A stretch of DNA of 64,000 bases from assembly GCA_965267575.1 (NCBI GenBank), contig OZ254086.1, positions 384,001 through 448,000 on the forward strand, written 5' to 3'. The notes below the pieces were generated by a model. The model had not been told where the DNA came from and ran no database searches. It worked only from the letters and a program-made list of their open reading frames with translations. Source of the DNA: Calditrichales bacterium. Lineage in GTDB: Bacteria; Calditrichota; Calditrichia; Calditrichales; J004. The position numbers and the translations under genes were made by a program. Of this stretch, positions 9,721-18,959 are shown one piece after another (within the stretch, counting starts at the first letter, position 1; each line of letters begins with the position of its first letter).

Positions 9721-10788
9721 TCAAAAAGGTTGCTTTTTTTCAGGGTAACGCCGGAAGCGGCGCACACAACTGTATGGCATCTGGCGCCGCGCAAAATGAT
9801 CGATGACGATGCTGCCGCGGTACATGTTTTTTATGATCGCGCGGTCGGAAACGGTTCGCATTTTTTGCACGGCACGGCGCTTTTTCATTATAAACAGCGG
9901 GTGGGAAAAGACAAACCACAAGGCGTCCAGTACAGCCCTCGCGCGTTTGCCGCTCCAGACGATCGTGTCGGCCAGAACGGTGGCCATTTCGAAAAGGACA
10001 CGCAGCGGAAAAAACACAAAAAGCAGCGGGAATGAATAATTCTTTAGCATCATAATCAGGTTGTTGCGGTGATTCAGGTACATTTTGCGCTGGTTGTCGC
10101 TGCGCAGCGTGTAGCCGGAATAGTGATATATCCAGGTGTCGTAGGTTACCACGTTGCGGTACCCGGCAATCTGGGCCCGCCAGTTCAGATCGATCTCTTC
10201 CTGGTGTGCAAAAAAGTCTTCATCCAGCAAGCCGATTTTGTCGGTTACGCTTTTGCGCAAAAGCAGCGCGCAGCCGGAAGTCCAGAAGACCGTTTTTTCA
10301 AGGTTGTCATATTGCCGCTTGTCTTTTTCCACGGTATCAAAAATGCGCCCGCGGGCAAAGGGATAACCAAACAGGTCCATCTCGCCGCCGGCGCCGCCGG
10401 AGTAGTCAAAATAGCTGTGGTCCTGAATGGAAAGGATTTTGGGCTGCACGCAGGCAATACGCTCGTCGGCAGCTATAACCCGGTGCATCACCTCCATAAA
10501 AGCCGGCGGCATCACGGTGTCGTTGTTCAACAGCAGCACAAAAGGCGTTTTGGCGATGCGGATGCCCTGGTTACAGGCGCCGGCATAGCCCAGGTTGTCA
10601 GCGTTTTCGATCAGCTCCACATCGGGGAAATTTTCCAGTACCATGCGCTGGCTGCCATCCGTTGAGCCGTTGTCGATGACGATGGTGTGGAAACGCGGCG
10701 TCTTGTTCTTCAGCAAGGATTGCAGGCAATCCCGCAAAATATCAAGCCCGTTGTAATGCGGTATAATGACGGTAATTTCTGTTTTCAT
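9721..10788 (-). CDS. GT2 glycosyltransferase (WbbL/RfbF-like)
   Basis: VIIPHYN, IDNGSTDGS, NLGYAGACN, LLNNDT, FFAHQEEIDL. Confidence 0.88.
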   Translation of the reverse strand: MKTEITVIIPHYNGLDILRDCLQSLLKNKTPRFHTIVIDNGSTDGSQRMVLENFPDVELIENADNLGYAGACNQGIRIAKTPFVLLLNNDTVMPPAFMEVMHRVIAADERIACVQPKILSIQDHSYFDYSGGAGGEMDLFGYPFARGRIFDTVEKDKRQYDNLEKTVFWTSGCALLLRKSVTDKIGLLDEDFFAHQEEIDLNWRAQIAGYRNVVTYDTWIYHYSGYTLRSDNQRKMYLNHRNNLIMMLKNYSFPLLFVFFPLRVLFEMATVLADTIVWSGKRARAVLDALWFVFSHPLFIMKKRRAVQKMRTVSDRAIIKNMYRGSIVIDHFARRQMPYSCVRRFRRYPEKKQPF

Positions 10789-10804
10789 TTTTTGCGTTCA
10801 TCTA

Positions 10805-10929
10805 TCCAGGTTTCATGTGTTAAAATCTGTATAGTCCCGTCCGGTACGCGGGATTCGACCTCTCCCGTCGGCAGATCCCGGTGTTGGCTTGTTCGCCAAA
10901 CCGGGATAACACGTATGCAAAAGCCAGGA
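10805..10929. other. Unidentified multi-stem structured intergenic element (candidate ncRNA, leader or miniature repeat element)
   Basis: Nested inverted repeats: gtgtta/taacac, atctg/cagat, gtcccg/cgggat, cgac/gtcg, tcccggt-g-ttggc/gccaa-accggga. Confidence 0.5.
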
Positions 10930-10941
10930 CACAGGAAAGTC

Positions 10942-10975
10942 ATTCGTAATTCCTTAATTCGTAATTTGTAATTGA
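10942..10975. repeat. Short heptamer-like tandem repeat
   Basis: attcgta-attcctta-attcgta-atttgta-attga. Confidence 0.6.
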
Positions 10976-10979
10976 TTAA

Positions 10980-13079
10980 TCAGCTAATGTTGAACATGGC
11001 CAGTCGGTCACGGTATTCACGGCTGATCGTTTTGCGTATGCCGGCATTTTCAGCGGCACGCAGCTGCGGGTCATGATCGACCAGCTCAAAGGCATCACGG
11101 CGGGCCTGCTCCAGAATGTGCCGGTCACGCACGGGATGCGCCAGACGGAAAAGCGGCACACCACTTTGTCGCGTTCCAAACAGGTCGCCCCAGCCGCGCA
11201 GCTCCAGGTCTTTTTCGGAGATCACAAAGCCGTCGTTGGTCTCGGTCATCGTGCGGATGCGCGCCCGGGCCTGCTCGCCCACGTTGGCCGGCGTTTTCAG
11301 TATACAGTACGATTGCTTCGCTCCACGGCCCACACGACCCCGCAATTGGTGCAGCTGCGAGAGCCCGAAACGCTCGGCGTGCTCGATCAGCATGATGGTA
11401 GCATTGGCCACATCCACGCCCACTTCCACCACCGTTGTGGTTATAAGCATGTGGATATCGCCATTGGCGAAGGCGCGCATAACGGCCTCTTTGTCTTCGC
11501 TTTTCATGCGCCCGTGCAGCAATCCCAACTTGTACTTTTTAAAAGGCCCGGCCGATAAACTGTTAAAGGCATCGGTTGCCGCCTTAAGATCGCTCTTTTC
11601 ACTCTCTTCCACCAGCGGAAAAACCATGTAGACCTGCTCGCCGGCATCAAGGCGTTCGCGCAAAAAAGCATATATACGCTGCGCCTGATCGTCCTTGCGC
11701 CAGACCGTTCGTACAGGCTTGCGGTTTTTGGGCAGCTCATCAATCACCGAAACCTCAAGTGAGCCGTAGGCGGTAAGGGCCAGCGTTCGCGGGATGGGCG
11801 TGGCCGTCATCACCAGCACGTCCGGTTGTTCGCCTTTACCCATCAGCACGCCGCGCTGCAATACGCCAAAACGGTGCTGCTCATCGATGATCACCAGGCC
11901 GAGCCGCGCAAACTGAACCGTTTCTTCCAGCAGGGCGTGTGTGCCCACCACCAGGTTTACCTGCTCGTCACGGATCTGCGCTTGCAGATAGGCGCGTTCC
12001 TTTTTGCTTTTGCCGCCGGTTACCAGTGCTATTTTTACTCCGAGCTGCCCCAGGAAACGCGATGTATTGATAAAGTGCTGCTCGGCCAGAATTTCCGTCG
12101 GCGCCATCAGCGCCACCTGGTAGCCATTGTCAATGCAGACCAATGCCGCCATCATCGCCACCAGTGTTTTACCCGCGCCCACATCACCCTGCAGCAGACG
12201 GTTCATCGGCGAACTTTCTTTCATATCCCGGCGGATTTCGCGCATAACGTTTTTTTGCGACTGCGTCATTTCAAAAGGCAATTTTTTGTAGAGCTCGTTT
12301 AACCGCGGACTCTGTTTATCAAAGGAAATGCCCAGCGGTTTATTGCGCACATGATAACGCTGAAGGGCAAACAGCAGCTGCAGGTAAAAAAATTCTTCGT
12401 ATATAAAACGGTAGCGCGCCCGCTCCAGCATATCGACGCTTTCGGGCAGGTGCATCTGGCGATAAGCCTCATGAAGGCCCAAAAAGTGGCGCTCCCGGAT
12501 AAGCGAATCCGGAAGTACCTCTTTGCATACCTGCGGTACTGTTTTAAATAAATCACGGAAAATGCGCCGGAAGACATAGGAGTTTACCCCGGCCTTTTTC
12601 AACGCATCGCTGCCGGGGTAAAGCGGCAGCACCTTGCCGGTGTTGACCATTCCGTCGAGGTCACCGTGATCAAGTATGTCAAAATCGGGGTGCGTCATCT
12701 GGTAGCCGCGGTAGAAGGTGACTTTGCCGGAAAGCGCCACCCAATCGCCCACTTTGAAAATATTTTTAAAAATGTGGATCGCATTGAACCAGACAGCCTC
12801 GAGCATGCCTTTGCCATCGCTGATGACGATATAAAACAGGGCTTTACGCAGACGCTTGATGCCGGCGGCTTCCACCTTGCCGACGACGGTCACTTCTTCA
12901 TCGGTGGCCTGCAGGGCGTCCAATCCGATAATTGTGCTGCGGTCCAGGTAGCGGCGCGGGCAATAGTTTAACAGCGCGTCAAAGCTGTCAATGCCTGCTT
13001 TTTTCAGGGCTTCGGCGCGCTTGGGGCCAATGCCTTTGAGATAGGTGATCTCAGGTTGCGGCTGCTCGTTTGCGGACAT
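10980..13079 (-). CDS. recG: ATP-dependent DNA helicase RecG
   Basis: RLLQGDVGAGKT, MAPTEILAEQH, DEQHRFG, MTATPIPRTL, LHQLRGRVGRG. Confidence 0.97.
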   Translation of the reverse strand: MSANEQPQPEITYLKGIGPKRAEALKKAGIDSFDALLNYCPRRYLDRSTIIGLDALQATDEEVTVVGKVEAAGIKRLRKALFYIVISDGKGMLEAVWFNAIHIFKNIFKVGDWVALSGKVTFYRGYQMTHPDFDILDHGDLDGMVNTGKVLPLYPGSDALKKAGVNSYVFRRIFRDLFKTVPQVCKEVLPDSLIRERHFLGLHEAYRQMHLPESVDMLERARYRFIYEEFFYLQLLFALQRYHVRNKPLGISFDKQSPRLNELYKKLPFEMTQSQKNVMREIRRDMKESSPMNRLLQGDVGAGKTLVAMMAALVCIDNGYQVALMAPTEILAEQHFINTSRFLGQLGVKIALVTGGKSKKERAYLQAQIRDEQVNLVVGTHALLEETVQFARLGLVIIDEQHRFGVLQRGVLMGKGEQPDVLVMTATPIPRTLALTAYGSLEVSVIDELPKNRKPVRTVWRKDDQAQRIYAFLRERLDAGEQVYMVFPLVEESEKSDLKAATDAFNSLSAGPFKKYKLGLLHGRMKSEDKEAVMRAFANGDIHMLITTTVVEVGVDVANATIMLIEHAERFGLSQLHQLRGRVGRGAKQSYCILKTPANVGEQARARIRTMTETNDGFVISEKDLELRGWGDLFGTRQSGVPLFRLAHPVRDRHILEQARRDAFELVDHDPQLRAAENAGIRKTISREYRDRLAMFNIS

Positions 13080-13082
13080 GCC

Positions 13083-13793
13083 TCAGGAGGGATTGGTTTT
13101 GGTTTTCTGGCCGGCAATGCGACCGTCATCCAGTTCGATGATGCGATGCGCCTGCTCGGTCATATGCTCGTTGTGCGTTACGATCAACAGCGTATGTTCA
13201 AGCTCTTTGTTTAACTGTAACAGCAGATTGTATAGCGCCTCGCCGTTGCGTTTATCGAGGTTGCCGGTAGGCTCATCGGCCATAACAATTTTGGGTTTGT
13301 TGACGACGGCACGGGCTACGGCTACGCGTTGCTGCTCGCCGCCGCTCATTTCGCGCGGTTTGTGGTCCAGCCGGTGCGACAATCCGACAAGATCCAGTAT
13401 ATGCCGGGCGTATTCCTGTTTTTCCCGTTCCTTTCCGTTGGGCCAGATCATCGTCGGGATCAGCACGTTTTCCAGCGCCGTAAACTCCGGCAGCAAATGA
13501 TGAAACTGGAAAACAAAGCCCACGGTCAGATTGCGCACACGGGCTTTTTCCACCTGGTTAAGCTGCGCCACATCCTGTCCGCCGATGGAAATCGCGCCGC
13601 TGTCGGCCTCATCCAGCAGGCCCAGCACATGCAGCAGAGTACTTTTACCCACGCCGGACGGCCCCATGATAACCGCCACATCGCCCTGCGGAATGGTCAG
13701 ATCGATGCCTTTGAGCACTTCCACCGCCTGCGGTCCGTTGCGATAGCTTTTGCGCAGATTCTCGGCCTTAATAGCCCATTGATTGTTATTCAT
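13083..13793 (-). CDS. lolD: Lipoprotein-releasing ABC transporter ATPase
   Basis: GPSGVGKST, FQFHHLLPEFTALENV, SGGEQQR, ADEPTGNLD; adjacent to lolC/E. Confidence 0.9.
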   Translation of the reverse strand: MNNNQWAIKAENLRKSYRNGPQAVEVLKGIDLTIPQGDVAVIMGPSGVGKSTLLHVLGLLDEADSGAISIGGQDVAQLNQVEKARVRNLTVGFVFQFHHLLPEFTALENVLIPTMIWPNGKEREKQEYARHILDLVGLSHRLDHKPREMSGGEQQRVAVARAVVNKPKIVMADEPTGNLDKRNGEALYNLLLQLNKELEHTLLIVTHNEHMTEQAHRIIELDDGRIAGQKTKTNPS

Positions 13794-15021
13794 ATCGGAT
13801 GGCCTCCACCGGAATCAGGCGCGAAGCTTTGTACGCAGGATAAACCGAAGCAACCAGGCTGAGCGCCATGGAGATGCTGCCAATGGAAATAAAGTCCAGC
13901 AGCCGCAGCTTAACAGGCAGCGCATCGATCAGGTAAACATCCGAGGGCAGCGATATCAGGTGATACTCCAGTTGTAGCCAGGCCACGCCATAGCCGATGG
14001 CGCACCCAAGCACTGTGCCAATAATGCCCACCAAAAGGCCTTCGAACAGAAATATCTTCATAATACTCGCAGAGGTAGCGCCCATTGATTTCAGGATGCC
14101 GATTTCACGGGTCTTGTCCATCACCACCATCACCAGCGAGCTTATAATGTTAAAAGCGGCCACCATGATAATCAGGCTGAGAATTACAAATGCGCCCCAC
14201 TTCTCGATCTCCATCCAAGAGAAGAGTGAGCGGTGCATCTCAAACCAGGAGAGCGCCACATAGGGATAGCCCAGTTGCTCGGCGATGGCATTGCCTACTT
14301 CACCGGCCTTTTCATAATCATTCAGCTTGATCTCAATCCAGGTTACGCCGTCCATACCAAACAGCTTTTGCGCGTCTTCGATAGAGACATAGGCAAAAAC
14401 CTTGTCATACTCGTAATAGCCAAACTCCACCAGCCCGGCCACATAAAACTGCATGATGCGCGGCTGCGTGAAAAAACCGCCTTCCTTCGGCATGGACCAG
14501 ACCGAGACGATATCACCGATGCCCATGGCTAAAAGCCCATCAGCCAGGTAGCGCCCAAGTACGATGCCCGGCAACTTGCGCCCCTCGATCATCTTCTCCG
14601 AGAAGTCCAGCTCACCGGATACTATGTTAGCGGTAATTTCGGTTACCTCATCCGCCGTATTTTTGTCGATTGCTTTGATGCCTGCGGGACGCTGGTAGCT
14701 GGATGATTTGATCATCGCCTGCTCGTTAATGGCGGGCGAAGCGCCAACGACCTCTTTGTGAGAACGGATTATGTTCAAAACAGAATCGGGCTTTTCGATC
14801 GGTTTGTTGAAATACTTGCGGATACGCACATGGGCGTCAGCCCCGATCAGCCGCGAGCGCACTTCCTGTTCAAAGCCGTTCATCACCGAAAGCACCAGGA
14901 TCAGCGCCGTCACACCAATCATGATGCCCGCAATCGAAACATAGGTAATAATGGAGATAAAGCCGGTTTTACGCTTGGCTCCGAGATAACGGCGGGCTAT
15001 AAAATATTCAAAAGATGCCAT
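13786..15021 (-). CDS. Lipoprotein-releasing ABC transporter permease, LolC/E family
   Basis: IARRYL, LSVMNGFE, VAAFNIISSLVM, EIGILKSMGA, YPAYKAS. Confidence 0.9.
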   Translation of the reverse strand: MASFEYFIARRYLGAKRKTGFISIITYVSIAGIMIGVTALILVLSVMNGFEQEVRSRLIGADAHVRIRKYFNKPIEKPDSVLNIIRSHKEVVGASPAINEQAMIKSSSYQRPAGIKAIDKNTADEVTEITANIVSGELDFSEKMIEGRKLPGIVLGRYLADGLLAMGIGDIVSVWSMPKEGGFFTQPRIMQFYVAGLVEFGYYEYDKVFAYVSIEDAQKLFGMDGVTWIEIKLNDYEKAGEVGNAIAEQLGYPYVALSWFEMHRSLFSWMEIEKWGAFVILSLIIMVAAFNIISSLVMVVMDKTREIGILKSMGATSASIMKIFLFEGLLVGIIGTVLGCAIGYGVAWLQLEYHLISLPSDVYLIDALPVKLRLLDFISIGSISMALSLVASVYPAYKASRLIPVEAIRYE

Positions 15022-16524
15022 CTATTTTTCCTGGTGCTCCGGTCGCATCTGCGGGAACAAAATCACATCGCGAATGCTGGGCTGGTTGGTCAGAAGCATG
15101 GTTAGCCTGTCCACGCCGATGCCCAAACCGGCCGTTGGCGGCATACCGATTTCAAGCGCGCGCAGGAAATCCTCATCCAGCATCTGCGCTTCTTCATCAC
15201 CGCGCTCGGCCATTATCATCTGTTCCATAAATCGCTCGCGCTGGTCCTGCGGATCGTTCAGCTCGGAGAAGGCATTACCCACTTCCTTGCCACCGATAAC
15301 AGGCTCAAAACGTTCTACAAGCCGCGAATTGTCGCGGTGCTTCTTGGCCAACGGCGACATCTCCAGCGGATGATCTGTGATAAACGTCGGCTGGATCAGT
15401 TTTGGTTCCACATATTCGCCAAATATCTCATCGATGATTTTGCTGCCGGACATGTCCGGCGTAACTTCCACATTTAGTTTTTTGGCCACCTTACGCAGCC
15501 CTACTTCATCCAGCTCACCAACGTCTTCGCCGGTGTATTCTCTTATGCCTTCAAGAATCGGCAACCGCCTCCAGGGTGTTTTAAGATCGATTTCATGTTC
15601 GTTGAATTTTATCTTTGTACTGCCCAACACCTCTTTGGCCACCTGGATGATCATCTGCTCCACAAACTCCATCATCCAGTTGTAGTCCTTGTAGGCCACG
15701 TACACTTCCACCTGGGTAAATTCAGGGTTGTGAAAACGGCTCATCCCCTCGTTGCGGAAATCCTTGGCGAATTCATACACACGGTCAAAACCGCCCACGA
15801 TCAAACGCTTCAGATAGAGCTCGTTGGCAATGCGCAGGTACAGCTTCACATCCAGCGTGTTATGATGCGTCGTAAAGGGACGGGCCGCAGCACCGCCGTA
15901 AAGCGGCTGTAGTACCGGTGTTTCCACTTCAAGGCATTGCGCATTATCCAGAAAGCGGCGCATGGCGGAGATAATCCTGCTGCGCTTGATAAATACATCG
16001 CGTACTTCCGGGTTTACCACCAAATCGATATAACGCTGGCGGTAGCGCAGTTCCTTGTCGGCAAACTGATCGTAGACAACCTTTTCACCTTCGACCTCTT
16101 TTTCCTTGGCAATCGGCAAAGGACGTATCGATTTATTGAGCAGCTCAAGGCTGTTTGCAAACACGGAAACTTCGCCTGTTTTGGTTTTCTTAACTTCACC
16201 CATCACGCCGATATGGTCACCGATGTCCAGCATTTTGAACATTTTGTAGCGCTCTTCACCGATGGAATCACGCGCCACATAAAGCTGCAGGCGGCCCTGC
16301 ATATCCTGGATGTGGCAAAATGACGCTTTGCCCATAACGCGTACGGCCATAATGCGGCCTGCAACGGACACTTCTTGGCCTTCCAGCTTATCAAAGGCGT
16401 CTTTTACCTCGCGCGTTTGGTGCGATCGTTCAAACCCATAGGGATAAGGATTAATGCCCATTTCCCTTATTTTTTCGAGCTTCTCTTCCCGGATTTTTAT
16501 AAGCTGATTGTGTTCTTCCAACAT
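15022..16524 (-). CDS. lysS: Lysine--tRNA ligase (class II)
   Basis: [43 protein letters not shown]. Confidence 0.98.
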   Translation of the reverse strand: MLEEHNQLIKIREEKLEKIREMGINPYPYGFERSHQTREVKDAFDKLEGQEVSVAGRIMAVRVMGKASFCHIQDMQGRLQLYVARDSIGEERYKMFKMLDIGDHIGVMGEVKKTKTGEVSVFANSLELLNKSIRPLPIAKEKEVEGEKVVYDQFADKELRYRQRYIDLVVNPEVRDVFIKRSRIISAMRRFLDNAQCLEVETPVLQPLYGGAAARPFTTHHNTLDVKLYLRIANELYLKRLIVGGFDRVYEFAKDFRNEGMSRFHNPEFTQVEVYVAYKDYNWMMEFVEQMIIQVAKEVLGSTKIKFNEHEIDLKTPWRRLPILEGIREYTGEDVGELDEVGLRKVAKKLNVEVTPDMSGSKIIDEIFGEYVEPKLIQPTFITDHPLEMSPLAKKHRDNSRLVERFEPVIGGKEVGNAFSELNDPQDQRERFMEQMIMAERGDEEAQMLDEDFLRALEIGMPPTAGLGIGVDRLTMLLTNQPSIRDVILFPQMRPEHQEK

Positions 16525-16530
16525 AAACTC

Positions 16531-17641
16531 CTAATTGTTTTCGGAAAAATTGACCAGGTATTCTTCAATAAACTCATCCAGATCGCCGTCCATCACCTGC
16601 TGCACATTGCTTGTTTCCACATCCGTCCGGTGGTCCTTAACCATGTTATAAGGGTGAAAAACATAAGAACGTATCTGGCTGCCCCAGGCGATGTCTTTTT
16701 TGCTGTCTTCGATTTCCTGGGTTTTTTCGCGCTTCTCTTCCAGCTTTTTCTGGTATAAACGCGCCCCGAGTATTTTAAGCGCGCTGGCCTTGTTTTTGTG
16801 CTGCGAGCGCTCATTCTGGCACTGGACAACGATACCGGTAGGCAGGTGCGTTATGCGAATGGCCGAATCGGTTTTATTAACATGCTGCCCGCCCGCGCCG
16901 CTGGCCCGGTAGGTATCAATACGCAGATCATTGGGATTGATTTCGATATCAATATTTTCGTCTATTTCGGGAAGAACGAAGACCGAGGCAAATGACGTAT
17001 GGCGGCGCTTGTTGGAATCAAACGGTGATATGCGCACAAGGCGGTGCACACCCGCTTCTGCTTTCATGTAACCGTAGGCGTAGTTTCCTTCAACGTTGAT
17101 TGTTACGCTCTTTATGCCGGCTTCATCACCGCCCTGCAGGTCCAGAATTTCCGTTTTAAAACCGCGTCTTTCCGCGTATCGCAGGTACATACGCATCAGC
17201 ATTTCTGCCCAATCCTGGCTTTCGGTGCCGCCGGCGCCGGGGTGTATGGTTAAGATTGCATTACGCTTATCGTTCTCTCCACCCAGCATGCGCCGGAATT
17301 CCAGCGCGTTCAGTTTTTTATCAAGCTTTTGCCTGTTCTGCTGCAACTCTTTGTCAAAAGCCGGGTCATCCGATTCTTCGCTCAAGGCCAGAATGACATC
17401 TATTTCCTCAACAAGCTCATGGCATTCATTCCAGGCATCGATCCACTCTTTACGCTTATTGATCTCGTCAAAAACGTGCTGCACGTTTTTCTGATCATCA
17501 TAGAAGCCCGCTTCAGTGGTTTGCTCTTCCAGTTTTTTTACTTCTTCTTCTTTTTTGTCCAGGTCAAAGATAACCTCGTAAATCATCGAGGCGTTCTTTG
17601 TATTCAGCCAGGTCAAATGAATTTTGGATTTCTTCAGACAT
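16531..17641 (-). CDS. prfB: Peptide chain release factor 2, with programmed +1 frameshift
   Basis: ATG 17641 gives MSEEIQNSFDLAEYKERLDDLRGYL, then CTT TGA C at 17569-17563; the +1 frame continues DLDKKEEE. SPF and GGQ motifs are present. Confidence 0.97.
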
Positions 17642-17683
17642 ATATCACTCCATTTACAACTTTGGGATTTTGCAAAAGCATTA

Positions 17684-17712
17684 AATTTACGAGGATATTA
17701 AAGGGCAGGCAA
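17684..17712 (-). promoter_or_regulatory. Putative sigma70-type promoter for prfB-lysS-lolCE-lolD-recG
   Basis: TTGCCT-N17-TAAATT. Confidence 0.55.
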
Positions 17713-17737
17713 GAAAAGGAACACGCTATAACAGGAT

Positions 17738-17770
17738 AAAAAAAATCCCCCGGTAAAACCCGGGGGATTT
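17738..17770 (-). terminator. Intrinsic terminator after the beta-barrel pair
   Basis: aaatccccc gg taaaacc cgggggattt hairpin with a T-run on the minus strand. Confidence 0.85.
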
Positions 17771-17779
17771 GAAATCAGA

Positions 17780-18907
17780 TCAACCTTCTTCTTCGAGAAT
17801 TTGTTTGAGCTCTTCCAGCTCTTTCTCAGCAGCTTTGCGCTCTTCTTTCAGCTTATTCAGCTCTTCCTGAATTTCTTCAGTGCGCTCGCGGTCTTCGATA
17901 ATGTCTTCAAAAAACTCTACGCGCTTATTGAACTGATTGCGTTCAATTTCGCCGGCACCGGCTTCGGCCGTAAGCGGCAATACGGTTATGTTAAAGCCCA
18001 GATGCGCTTTCCATGTGGAGTAATTGGGAATATCAACGTTTTCATAATCCGGCAGGCCAACACTCTCATCATCCGTACCGCTTACCCTGATATCGAGGCC
18101 CAGTATAAGGTCCAGCCAGGCCATCGGCTTGTATTTGATGCTGGGTGTAACATAGGTATAGTCTTCACGGGAAAATACAAACGGATCCGGTTGCTCAATA
18201 TAGCTGATTCCATAAACCTCTAGCTGGAAATCAAACAATTCTGTTGGATAAAGCAAACCCAGTGCATACTGTAATTCGGTAGAGTTCGTAGTTGCAGCGT
18301 TGCCGGTAGGCTGGAGTTCTTCGCCGGCTTCATTGTGATTCCAGAACCCAACATTAAGGTGAGCACTAAAGGAACGATCTGGCAAGTACGGATCTACGTA
18401 ATAAGATAACATACCCATAATTCCGTATTCCAAAGCACCACTTGCATAGCGTGTAAAAGGATAGTTATGGTCTTCACCCAACGGGAAGAGAACATCCACT
18501 CCAAAACCACCGTACATCTTGCGATCCATAAAAGCAAAAGAACCCAGTTTTAAACCAAGACGCAGATCATCGGGCAAGTTATATTCGTTGCGAGTATGCG
18601 TATCCTGGTAGATTCCCGGAGCTAGCGTAATATCAAAATGCTCGACAGCTCCGTAGGTCAGGGCAAAAGCACTATTTACAAGCCAGTAATTGTTGGCCTG
18701 AAAGTCAGCGGGCTTTAGAGAAGGATCCCCTACAAAATCAGACAGTTTGGTGAAGAAGTTCATGTTACCACGAATTTCAAAACGGCCCTGATCGAACGTC
18801 CTGGCTGTTTGGGTGTAGAGCAGGCTGTTGCTTCCCTGTGGCGTCTGGGCCCATAATGCAGTTGTCAGGAACAGCAGTATCAGCGTTATCTGGCTGAACC
18901 GATTCAT
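17780..18907 (-). CDS. Predicted outer-membrane beta-barrel with C-terminal coiled coil (paralogue 2)
   Basis: Signal peptide from ATG 18907 with AGGAGG RBS; aromatic-rich amphipathic strands; E/K-rich heptad tail; clearly similar to the neighbouring gene. Confidence 0.65.
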   Translation of the reverse strand: MNRFSQITLILLFLTTALWAQTPQGSNSLLYTQTARTFDQGRFEIRGNMNFFTKLSDFVGDPSLKPADFQANNYWLVNSAFALTYGAVEHFDITLAPGIYQDTHTRNEYNLPDDLRLGLKLGSFAFMDRKMYGGFGVDVLFPLGEDHNYPFTRYASGALEYGIMGMLSYYVDPYLPDRSFSAHLNVGFWNHNEAGEELQPTGNAATTNSTELQYALGLLYPTELFDFQLEVYGISYIEQPDPFVFSREDYTYVTPSIKYKPMAWLDLILGLDIRVSGTDDESVGLPDYENVDIPNYSTWKAHLGFNITVLPLTAEAGAGEIERNQFNKRVEFFEDIIEDRERTEEIQEELNKLKEERKAAEKELEELKQILEEEG

Positions 18908-18959
18908 TTCATCCCTCCTAACATATGTTAAGGTCGTATCTTTATCTTCGTATTTTCTA

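Noticed and set aside
10805-10929. Structured element as 6S RNA, SRP RNA, tRNA remnant, hammerhead/twister/HDV ribozyme or integron attC
   Set aside because: It is branched rather than a long rod, lacks the SRP and ribozyme core motifs, and does not form a cloverleaf despite GGTCGAATCCC. Its GTT/AAC boxes are in the opposite order to attC, and no integrase is nearby. It was kept as unidentified.
16531-17616. ORF-track start for RF2, or a prfB pseudogene
   Set aside because: Explained by the canonical CTT-TGA-C programmed frameshift with the start at 17641.
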